Assembly (NCBI GenBank): GCA_048884965.1
Contig: JBHLQH010000015.1
Span: 1 to 64,000, forward strand
Source of the DNA: Candidatus Thorarchaeota archaeon
GTDB taxonomy: Archaea > Asgardarchaeota > Thorarchaeia > Thorarchaeales > Thorarchaeaceae
Direction: 5' to 3'
DNA: 64,000 bases
The notes below the pieces were generated by a model that saw only the letters and a list, made by a program, of their open reading frames with translations, was not told where the DNA came from and ran no database searches. Positions 10,601 through 18,277 of the stretch are shown here, piece after piece (position 1 is the stretch's first letter; every line of letters begins with the position of its first letter). The position numbers and the translations under genes were made by a program.

Positions 10601-11578
10601 TGTTTGTGAGAACCCTGGGTAATAGGTAACGGAGCAATCGATAGGAACATTTCGATTGATTTGTGTTTGAGGTTCAAGAATCATGTTCCATTCTCCAGAG
10701 ATTGTGAGGGGAATCCAGAAGTAAAGAGGAAGGGGAGAATCCACGTGGGCAGTATTTCGTTCATAGAGAACCTGCCTGTACACCGAGTAATCGACAGTCC
10801 TTCCAAGAGAGTCTTTCAAGATATGAGTGAAAAGCTCATCTCCTGTCCAATTGAACGAACCTTGCATCCAACCCACACCACTTGGAGGAGTAAAGGGAAT
10901 CTCGGTGTCGACTGTCGAGCTAATCGTCACGGTCGTGTCGTAAGAGCCAATGCTGACCCCACTAAAGGAGTGAGAAGCAGACCCGGAGGTTATAGAAGGG
11001 CTTGAGAAAGTATCCTTCGAAAGGGCTAGAACAACTGTATCTGCGTACCTCCAATCCTTCACTGCAAGCTTTGCTGCAATCTCCGCAGATGAATCGCCAA
11101 GAATCTGAGGAAATACTTTGGTGCCTGTGACTTGTTGAATCTCTTTGATATTGGATATTGACATATCACCAATTGTGATGGCCTCGTTTAGACCACCATC
11201 AGGAAGTAAGTAGGTGGTCCAATCCTCTAGGATTCGACTTTCGACTTCACTTCCGTCGGAATATAGTAGTGGGGAGATGTATTTTGTCCCACCGGAATAG
11301 AAGAGTGATGTAGGAATCGCAGCTATATAGGAGAAGTCGTCGGTATAGGAGGACGGGTCATTGGCAACAAGTGTAACTCTACTTAATGGAAGAGGGTCAT
11401 CTGGAATATCACCAGGCATGTAGGTGGTTTCCAGAAAAGGATCATATGATTCGACTTGGACACTCTGAGGGTATGAAAGTGTTAGGATGGAAGGGAATAG
11501 TAGCGTGATAATAAGTAAAAATGCAATGATGGAAGTAGATGGCCTCTTCAATAAATGTCTCTCCTTTTGCGGTCTCAC
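7694..11578 (-). CDS. Large secreted, C-terminally anchored surface protein with CWB2-like motifs and a C25 (gingipain)/clan CD-like protease domain
   Basis: N-terminal hydrophobic signal; GAVLASLLNAPLLYV; GRIP, STHGT, LTACLLG, LFGDP; C-terminal TM helix and charged tail. Confidence 0.65.
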   Translation of the reverse strand: MRPQKERHLLKRPSTSIIAFLLIITLLFPSILTLSYPQSVQVESYDPFLETTYMPGDIPDDPLPLSRVTLVANDPSSYTDDFSYIAAIPTSLFYSGGTKYISPLLYSDGSEVESRILEDWTTYLLPDGGLNEAITIGDMSISNIKEIQQVTGTKVFPQILGDSSAEIAAKLAVKDWRYADTVVLALSKDTFSSPSITSGSASHSFSGVSIGSYDTTVTISSTVDTEIPFTPPSGVGWMQGSFNWTGDELFTHILKDSLGRTVDYSVYRQVLYERNTAHVDSPLPLYFWIPLTISGEWNMILEPQTQINRNVPIDCSVTYYPGFSQTITIPNSAKWLNISTMWDNAGTTINLALIDPSGRLVMWAPAESLLGGAGSKSMQMPYPAPGDWSLVGAWVDPTSETNNVNMEWEIETLPDDLQPYFESASNGAVLASLLNAPLLYVDADSVPSMTAWALEYLDASTCFLVDPANLHSPSLVDELDNSMFVSALSSYASVSNWIHTLSGEYDVVLTTPIGNNEEFFAPAAYSAASHGAVVFSLCGEDNLIPTRAEETWAPYLIGPDIRVFVQNQFSTRTENGWYDERIPNVYSMEYSATSFENFLESRGAYNESEEQTAIVVSPTDLIKISFDRSIQSHFACGRIPGEGAADAAIMINRAALHRFIYMVAENADEALLSFYAYTISSSPYPDNFGTTHNINQIEASETALTAAGFTIQSHVGANEVFAGVASQVALWSFSTHGTLTEYPTDPPQRPNGLGVFSLRNEDIPYGQETDTQRDYGGDGIVNPVIYSPESNNHILRTTNDLEASIGNIGSPIVILTACLLGGSELPLMLMEHGAVAVTAAPRTVYFRAAGLLSILITEALCAGNTTGDALAQALRTLSYDYTDPLPAEPNDYANQQVLFGDPDICLYNPTNDPRIASVDPIIISIDGHTPSNGVKGVSALGTTDYLPIGLDAVGAEFDYYELSNYSEFITLLDLRTTVIIEPLTLSSLASSLSGDSAVLAEFVHNGGVLVIMGIDEDVPWLPWTAEFGASSSTSITLIDTNHPLVSLPNAISSNIPSEGYFTSISENLTIIATNANGIAIAGGVYGIGKVALTTIVPQGVDRNGFLENAIVWGAQESLVLWDISLSQEIIWEGDRVIVTVEVTNLVGEPVEDVSVLIHLNETEVVATESTTGKYDILLDEAWTSVNAGYHSLGIRAQKSGYDTLTTLLVDFLLIRTSPILLILIGGGIIATVAIAWQYRKYQQRDTLPKSKSYKPPKGETKEEKRRREMAEMERKRKREEEEKKFDAKEYFGVE

Positions 11579-11622
11579 CTCTTTTCAATGAGAACGCAAA
11601 AAGAGTTTTCCTGCATGGTATA

Positions 11623-12498
11623 TCAGTCAAAGTCAGTGAACTCTAATAGATCCTCGTCAATATCCTCATCATCGTCAGAATCATCAATATCCTCTGGTAA
11701 TGCATCCCGAACATCATCAATGTCCTTGCGAAGTCGTCTACGGGTAGACTTAGGGATATCCCACATCTTCTGTTCTGCACGATCTACGACTTCACGTGCA
11801 ATATCATAGATTTCAGATTCCAAATAACATTGGGCTGCTTCAACAAAGCATTCTGCAGCTTTCTTCTGATTCCCTTTCATTTCAGCGATGTCGCCAATTA
11901 ATGAAAGTGCATCTGCAATCCCTGCTTTGTCGTCCATTTCCCTGTACAGCGCGAGTGCTTTCTTGAAGATCTTATCAGCGGTTTCATAATCCTCTTTATC
12001 CGCGTAGGCACTACCTTCATCCATAAGTGTACTTGCAACGCCCTGGTCGTTTTCTGCCTTCTTGTATGCTTTCTGAGCGTCTTTGAACAAAGCAACCCCA
12101 CCTTCGAAATCTCCTTTGCCAAGCGTAGCTAGGGCAAGGCCATAGGTTGCATCAGCAACACCATCCTGGTTCTTCATTTTCTCAAAGAGTGCCATTGCTT
12201 TCTTACAGGTAGCGACCGCATCATCCCATTTCTCGAGATTAATCTGGGCAACGCCAAGGTTGTACATCGTATCGCTGATGCCATTCTCATCTTTCAAGTT
12301 CTTGTAGATGTCCAATGATTTCTCGAAACATGGCAAAGCTTCTTCATATTCAGCCACTGACATGTAGACATTTCCCGCAGCATTGTATATCTTTGCTGCA
12401 ATATCCATCTCACCAGCTGTTTCTGCCTCCTGAGCTTGCTCTAGAAGTTCTGCTGGGTCCATATCGTCAAGTGGATTCTCTTCAGTCAAGACTTGCAC
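11623..12498 (-). CDS. TPR repeat protein with acidic tail
   Basis: ~40-aa TPR-like repeats (NAAGNVY...YEEA...FEKSL; YNLGVAQ; YGLALA). Confidence 0.9.
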   Translation of the reverse strand: MQVLTEENPLDDMDPAELLEQAQEAETAGEMDIAAKIYNAAGNVYMSVAEYEEALPCFEKSLDIYKNLKDENGISDTMYNLGVAQINLEKWDDAVATCKKAMALFEKMKNQDGVADATYGLALATLGKGDFEGGVALFKDAQKAYKKAENDQGVASTLMDEGSAYADKEDYETADKIFKKALALYREMDDKAGIADALSLIGDIAEMKGNQKKAAECFVEAAQCYLESEIYDIAREVVDRAEQKMWDIPKSTRRRLRKDIDDVRDALPEDIDDSDDDEDIDEDLLEFTDFD

Positions 12499-12552
12499 CT
12501 CTATATTACTAGACGAAAAATATCATACTGCTTTTGAATCCTTCTGCTCATG

Positions 12553-13263
12553 CTATTTCCGCATGATTAATAGAGGGTTCTCAAGTAAGTGTTTAATGGG
12601 TTCGTTCACTGTGAACTGCTCATCTCCAACTTGTACGGTAAGAAGCTTTCTCAACTCAAATCGTCGGAGATATCCAACAGCCTGCTCTCGTGGCAGATTC
12701 AAATCGTTCATCAGCTTTGTGAGACCATTCGCTTGACCACTATACATTGCGAACTTGGAGAACACAGAGCTCCATTGCATCATGGATAGATAGAGCAATG
12801 TTCTGAGCATACTGTCAACATTTTCTCCGGTCTTCGCAGAAACTGGAATAACAGGCAGACCAGCCAAGAATCGCATGTTATTGCGCAGTTGATCAACTGG
12901 GCGGCAATCCTCGATATCTTGCTTGTTTGCGGCTACAACACAAGGAACCCCTGGTAGAAAGAATGCAATCTCTCTGAAGAATAGTTTAGCTCGAGCATCT
13001 GATTCGGAATCAACAGAATCAACAACAAAGACAATTCCATCAGCTCCAGAGCTGAGAATTTTTCTCATAGTTCTGAATCGTAGCAGACCAGGCGTTCCGA
13101 ATAGAAAGACATTCATCCCATCGATGTTTGCGAGCCCGTGATCCATTGCGATGGTAGTACCTCGACGCTCCACATTAATGCAAGCGCCATTAGTAATGTG
13201 ATTGATCATCAAGCTCTTTCCAGATTCATATGGGCCCGTAACCACAATTTTCATGCGAACCAT
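12553..13263 (-). CDS. Small GTPase, MglA-like, with C-terminal helical/wHTH-like extension
   Basis: GPYESGKS, TTIAMDHG, LFGTPG, NKQD, VSA; start 13263 or 13254. Confidence 0.88.
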   Translation of the reverse strand: MVRMKIVVTGPYESGKSLMINHITNGACINVERRGTTIAMDHGLANIDGMNVFLFGTPGLLRFRTMRKILSSGADGIVFVVDSVDSESDARAKLFFREIAFFLPGVPCVVAANKQDIEDCRPVDQLRNNMRFLAGLPVIPVSAKTGENVDSMLRTLLYLSMMQWSSVFSKFAMYSGQANGLTKLMNDLNLPREQAVGYLRRFELRKLLTVQVGDEQFTVNEPIKHLLENPLLIMRK

Positions 13264-13525
13264 AACCTCTCTGTTGCTTATTCTCTTGCTAGACACACAA
13301 TACAAGATGTATTTCTTTCGTGTGTCAATCTCGAGCGACGCGCTATGAGTTTTGTGCCGTTGGGCGTTAAATGGTTTGCCGTACTCAACCCCTTTTGGAT
13401 GTAAATGCTTTGTGCACCATTAGCGAAGTTATTTATGAAAATCGGCGAACGACGTAATAATCAGAAACTTTAATATCGACAATTGACGTTATATTCAGTG
13501 TTCATTAAATTGGAGTGAAGTCAAA

Positions 13526-13690
13526 TTGTCTGAATCGAAGAAAGAAATTCTGGATGATTTTTGGTTGTTCCATGATGTAGAAGAAGCTGAGATCATAGAA
13601 CTCAGAAAGTTCATCGATCCAGATCTTGATCTCAAACCACTTGAGGGATTTGATAAAATCCTAGATCGACTGAATCATCTTATACAATAA
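13526..13690 (+). CDS. Small acidic hypothetical protein (54 aa), absent from ORF track
   Basis: TTG start, GGAGTGA at 13512-13518, upstream AAACTTTAATA; MSESKKEILDDFWLFHDVEEAEIIELRKFIDPDLDLKPLEGFDKILDRLNHLIQ. Confidence 0.6.
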   Translation: MSESKKEILDDFWLFHDVEEAEIIELRKFIDPDLDLKPLEGFDKILDRLNHLIQ

Positions 13691-13720
13691 AGAGAGTAGA
13701 GACTGGCTGCTTGCGGCAGC

Positions 13721-13770
13721 AATCCTCAGTCCTCTACCCCCGAGGGGTTTGGAAGAGCTTCATGGGAATT
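13721..13770 (-). promoter_or_regulatory. Candidate eukaryote-like SECIS element of selD
   Basis: Minus strand AUGA-agcucuucc-AA-acccc(ucg)ggggu-agaggacu-GA; AUGA overlaps the selD stop codon. Confidence 0.6.
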
Positions 13771-14803
13771 CAGTCTCAATGAACTCGATATCATCGGAGA
13801 ACCTTGCTATTGGCTCGCCTTCCTGTTTGGTTACTTTTCCAATAGGCCAACAAGGTAGACCATCTTTAGCGAGTGCTTCAACAAATCGGTCTGCTTTCTG
13901 CGGGTCCAAGAACACCAACATTCCACCTGCAGTTTCGGCACCATACCCTTGAGATAGTTTGTGACCAAAGAAATCAGCGAGTTCTAAGGTTCCACGAATC
14001 ACTGGTACAGTGTCAATACTTATGTCAACACAGCTTAGGGCGGCTACATTTCCCGCATGACCAAGTATACCAAATCCCGTAACATCGGTAGCAGCATGCA
14101 CAGAAATCTCCTGCATAGCAGCAGCAACTTCTTGATTGCTCTGCGTCATCAGCTTTACAGCGATGTTCTGCATTCTGACAAGCTCAGGTTCGGTGAACCT
14201 CTCCAGAAGTGCATCCCGTTTATCATCCTGGAGATCCCGATAGGATCTCATTGCAGGTTGAATCCCCAAGGGTTTTGTGAGTAGAATTGTGTCGCCAGGT
14301 TTGGCTCCGGAAGAGTAGATAACTCTGTCAGGAGTCGTAATGCCTAGAGCAATTCCCCCAAAGACAGGGACGGGATTCTTGATTGTCTGGCCACCAGTGA
14401 GATTTCCTCCAAGACGTTTCATGAATGCACTCATACCCTTCAAGACGCCTACAGGGATATCCTCAGGCAAATCAGAAGGGTATGCAAGGAATGCCTGCAA
14501 TGAAACGACATTGGTCGCACCCATTGCAAAGACATCATTCGTAGCGTTACACGCCACAATTTCCCCTTGGATGTGGGGATCGTCATGGATTGGCGTGAAG
14601 ATGTCTACATTCTCAATCAGTGCGATATCACCATCCACAATGTGGACAACGGCATCATCACCGACGAGATCATGACAGCTTGCGTTTTGTGGAAGGATCC
14701 CAGCGGCTTGCAGCAGATGTGTCAAGTCATCCTGTTTGACCTTGCATGATCAGCCATGTGTAGTAACCAATGCTGTAAGTCGCACATCAGGCACTTGTGG
14801 CAT
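13760..14803 (-). CDS. selD: Selenophosphate synthetase, selenoprotein (Sec18), 347 aa
   Basis: ATG 14803 with GGAGGT RBS; RLTALVTTHG-UGA(14750-14752)-SCKV; DDA, DIFTP, NDVFAMG, LTKPLG, TDVTGFGILGH, ETAGG. Confidence 0.95.
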
Positions 14804-14941
14804 CAGACCTCCTTTTGCATGGGATTATACCCGCATAGTAAAGACTATCACATCCATATAACACTCTTGCCTACGACACTTCACAATGCTTATAGGAAAT
14901 TAAACCTGAGGCGAGAATATTCTAACCCAAGGTGATTCTAC

Positions 14942-16387
14942 TTGCAATTGAAGAAAATAGCAGAAAACATCTTTGAGATTGAAAAAAGCACCAGACCATG
15001 GATGAGAGTACCAAGTCGTATCTATGCATCTGATGATCTAGTCGAGAAGATGAAACAGGATAAGACATTCGAGCAGGCAGTAAACACAACAGCACTTCCG
15101 GGAATTTACAATTACAGTATTGTACTCCCAGATGGGCATCAAGGATATGGATTTCCTATTGGAGGAGTTGCCGCAACTGATTATGACGCGGGAGTGATCT
15201 CTCCAGGTGGCGTTGGCTATGACATCAATTGTGGAGTTCGAGTTCTTAGGACTAATCTTGACATTAAGGATGTCCAAGAGAAAATGAGGGACCTCATCAA
15301 TCAACTATGGGATGATGTGCCTACAGGAGTTGGAAAGAAGGGAAGCATACATCTCAGTGGTCAAAGGGGTGTTGATGATGTTCTCGAAGGAGGAGCTGAA
15401 TGGGCAGTTGAGAAGGGATTGGGTTGGAAGAAAGACCTTGAGCATCAGGAAGCGAATGGTAGAATAGAACTAGCAGATGCAAGTAAGGTATCACCTGAGG
15501 CAAAGAAAAGGGGATTCTCCCAAGTAGGAACACTAGGATCTGGAAACCACTTCTTGGAAATCCAAGTTGTGGATCAGATATATGATGAAACAGCAGCTAG
15601 GGCAATGGGGATTACGGGTCAAGGTCAGGTAATGGTTATGATACATAGCGGCTCTCGAGGACTTGGACATCAGGTCTGTGGAGACTATATCAAAACCATG
15701 ACGACCGCTATGAGGAAATACAATCTCGACCTTCCAGATAGAGAACTATGCAGTGCTCCAACCACTTCACCAGAAGGACAAGCGTATCTGGGAGCGATGA
15801 GTGCAGCTGCAAACTATGCCTTCGCAAATCGACAGTCAATGATGCATTGGGCTAGAGAATCCTTCTCGAAGGTGATGAAAACCTCAGCTGAGGATCTGGA
15901 TATGAACCTAATCTATGATGTTGCTCACAATATGGGAAAAGTGGAAGAACATGATATCGAGGGTAGGAAACGGAAAGTTGTCGTACATCGCAAAGGAGCG
16001 ACTCGTGCTTTTCCACCAGGTCATCCTGAAACACCTACAGCATACAAAGACATCGGACAACCGGTCATAATTCCAGGAACCATGGGTACCGCGTCCTACA
16101 TACTGATTGGAAATCAAAAATCAATGGAGCTATCATTTGGATCAACAGCGCATGGAGCTGGTCGGTTCATGAGTCGTTCTAAGGCTAAGAAGACCTACTT
16201 CGGTAAGGATGTGCAAAATGATCTTGCAGGTCAAGGGATTATTGTAAAGGCGACCTCTGGAATGGTCATTGCTGAAGAAGCGCCAGGAGCGTACAAGGAC
16301 GTTGATGAGGTTGTACGAGTGTCAGATGCAGTGGGTATAGCAACCAAGGCCGTACGCCTCCGACCTCTAGGTGTCATCAAGGGCTAA
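14942..16387 (+). CDS. rtcB: tRNA-splicing ligase RtcB
   Basis: PDGHQGYGFPIGGV, GYDINCG, GTLGSGNHF, HSGSRG, HRKGATRA, HGAGR, EEAPGAYK. Confidence 0.97.
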   Translation: MQLKKIAENIFEIEKSTRPWMRVPSRIYASDDLVEKMKQDKTFEQAVNTTALPGIYNYSIVLPDGHQGYGFPIGGVAATDYDAGVISPGGVGYDINCGVRVLRTNLDIKDVQEKMRDLINQLWDDVPTGVGKKGSIHLSGQRGVDDVLEGGAEWAVEKGLGWKKDLEHQEANGRIELADASKVSPEAKKRGFSQVGTLGSGNHFLEIQVVDQIYDETAARAMGITGQGQVMVMIHSGSRGLGHQVCGDYIKTMTTAMRKYNLDLPDRELCSAPTTSPEGQAYLGAMSAAANYAFANRQSMMHWARESFSKVMKTSAEDLDMNLIYDVAHNMGKVEEHDIEGRKRKVVVHRKGATRAFPPGHPETPTAYKDIGQPVIIPGTMGTASYILIGNQKSMELSFGSTAHGAGRFMSRSKAKKTYFGKDVQNDLAGQGIIVKATSGMVIAEEAPGAYKDVDEVVRVSDAVGIATKAVRLRPLGVIKG

Positions 16388-17308
16388 TCGCCCCCGAGCC
16401 CGTTCAGTTCTAGCGATGTCAGCTAAGACCAGAACTATTCCAAAAAGGATGATGCCAAATCCAACGATTGTTAGTGGCGGAGGGATTTCTCCCAAGAACA
16501 CTACAGCAAGGAGTGTTGCACCTATTGGTTCGCCTAACACCGCGGATGAAACGACATAGGCAGGAACAAGTGTAAGTAGATAGTTATTGACTGAATGTCC
16601 CAATGCTGTAGGGAAGATTGCTAATGCAATGAATATCACAATCTCAGTCGGTTCCAGAACGATTACGTTGATTCCTAACAGAATACATTGAACGAGTGTT
16701 ACAATAGCGGCTGTAATGTAGACGACGGATGTGTATACAGTTATTGGCAATCCCTTTGCATATCGTCTACCCCCAATGAAGTACACAGCAAGCAGAAATC
16801 CACTCAATAATGCAAGCAAGTCACCTGTAAGTGCTCCCGTCCCTACAGACTCAAGATCACTCCACGCCAAGAGCACGGCACCTGAAACTGCAATAATAAC
16901 TCCAGCCCACGATCGTCTTCGTAGAGCTTCGCCAAGGATGACAGTTGATAGGATTGCTGTAAAAATGGGAGAGGTATTGACAAGGACGACGCTTGCAGCT
17001 ACAGTTGTCAAGAATAACGAAGTGAACCAAGTGGAGAAATGAAAAGCCAAAACAACACCGATCCCAAGCAACCAATACCAGTTCTTCTTCATTAGTGGTC
17101 CTCGATATGCATGAACATCATTTCTTGCAACACCGATGGAAGCCATCAAGATAGCACCATATAGGGTACGCCAGAAGACGATGACTAGAGGATCTGATTG
17201 ACTAAAGCGAATGAGAATGCTAGCTGATGAAACCATAGAGACGGATAGTACCAACAGGAGAATAATATGTGAACGACTTGATTCTATACTCTCAGGAACT
17301 CTCTCCAA
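16367..17308 (-). CDS. DMT/EamA family transporter
   Basis: About 10 TM helices, two EamA repeats, EPIGA; likely TTG start 17308 after AGGAG (track start 17377). Confidence 0.88.
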   Translation of the reverse strand: MERVPESIESSRSHIILLLVLSVSMVSSASILIRFSQSDPLVIVFWRTLYGAILMASIGVARNDVHAYRGPLMKKNWYWLLGIGVVLAFHFSTWFTSLFLTTVAASVVLVNTSPIFTAILSTVILGEALRRRSWAGVIIAVSGAVLLAWSDLESVGTGALTGDLLALLSGFLLAVYFIGGRRYAKGLPITVYTSVVYITAAIVTLVQCILLGINVIVLEPTEIVIFIALAIFPTALGHSVNNYLLTLVPAYVVSSAVLGEPIGATLLAVVFLGEIPPPLTIVGFGIILFGIVLVLADIARTERARGRLALDDT

Positions 17309-17321
17309 ATCCGTTGCACTC

Positions 17322-17828
17322 CTATCTGTATTCCGTACCGCATTGAACACAGCGGAATTTTTTATTGGCCACTTCACCTTCGGAATATTCTGCTATACTT
17401 GACTTGCATTCTGGGCAATCAGGAAATATACTAATCATTCCGAGATTCAGTTGTTCGAGAATACGAATGACTTCATCAACTGAAGAGTATTCGAAGAGTA
17501 CTTTGCAATCAAGACCAGAGACCATCTTGGAGAGAGGAGAGGAATTGAGATGTCTGAAGAGCAGTATTGGAGTTTCAGTCATTCTTGCCAACATCAGTTC
17601 CATCCCGACACCGAGGGACGGATTAGATACCTCAGCAATCAGGAGGTCACACTCTCGAACTTGTTCGACGTCCCTTCTGTAGATTTCAGCGGGTTCAGCA
17701 GGACCAAGAAACTGAGGAGCAAATACTGAGATTCCTCTCGACTCCAAGTGATTTACGACCGCCTTATAGAAATCATCTTTTCGTAATTCAGAATGGATGA
17801 TTGGACCTGATAGATAGACATGTACCAC
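17322..17828 (-). CDS. Nucleoside 2-deoxyribosyltransferase/RCL-like protein with C-terminal Zn ribbon
   Basis: VYLSGPI, IYRRD, CDLLIAEVSNPSLGVGMEL; CPEC...CVQC. Confidence 0.82.
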   Translation of the reverse strand: MVHVYLSGPIIHSELRKDDFYKAVVNHLESRGISVFAPQFLGPAEPAEIYRRDVEQVRECDLLIAEVSNPSLGVGMELMLARMTETPILLFRHLNSSPLSKMVSGLDCKVLFEYSSVDEVIRILEQLNLGMISIFPDCPECKSSIAEYSEGEVANKKFRCVQCGTEYR

Positions 17829-17861
17829 CGTGGTTCACCGATTAGGCAGTTGAAAGACAAA

Positions 17862-18212
17862 TCAATGTGATTCATCAGGAGTGTTAAGTAGATCCTTTGT
17901 TGGAGGCAAGGAACCGTCATCAGGGATCTCCTCTATCTTTCCAGCTCTACCCAAAGATAGTTGCATCTTCCCTTGCCACTCCTTGGCCCAGCCATCTGTG
18001 ATTTTGACAACCTTTCCTGCAGACATGCCAGTTCCCTCTCGGAACCCCCATAATGATAGGACAGCTGTACCAGTTTCATCTGCCACTAGAACCTCAGTTA
18101 GCTGTGTCTTCCGTCCACTACGAGTGGATACTATTCTAGCCGGAGCGACAGATAGAATTCTTACGATAAGCTCAGGAACGTTCTTCCCGATTTCGACTTC
18201 ATTCAGCTTCAA
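17862..18212 (-). CDS. ssb: Single OB-fold ssDNA-binding protein (SSB/RPA-like)
   Basis: VLVADETG...LSLWG...GKVVKI..G..KEWQG.MQL.LG. Confidence 0.85.
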   Translation of the reverse strand: MKLNEVEIGKNVPELIVRILSVAPARIVSTRSGRKTQLTEVLVADETGTAVLSLWGFREGTGMSAGKVVKITDGWAKEWQGKMQLSLGRAGKIEEIPDDGSLPPTKDLLNTPDESH

Positions 18213-18277
18213 TTATTGAAACCTCTCCTTTGAAGAAGAATGAATTACCAAATCAGTCTTACGCACTGACACTTTTC

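Noticed and set aside
13664-13762. Read-through of the selD terminal TGA as a second Sec
   Set aside because: The SelD domain appears complete before it, and the downstream frame is unremarkable and overlaps RNA structure.
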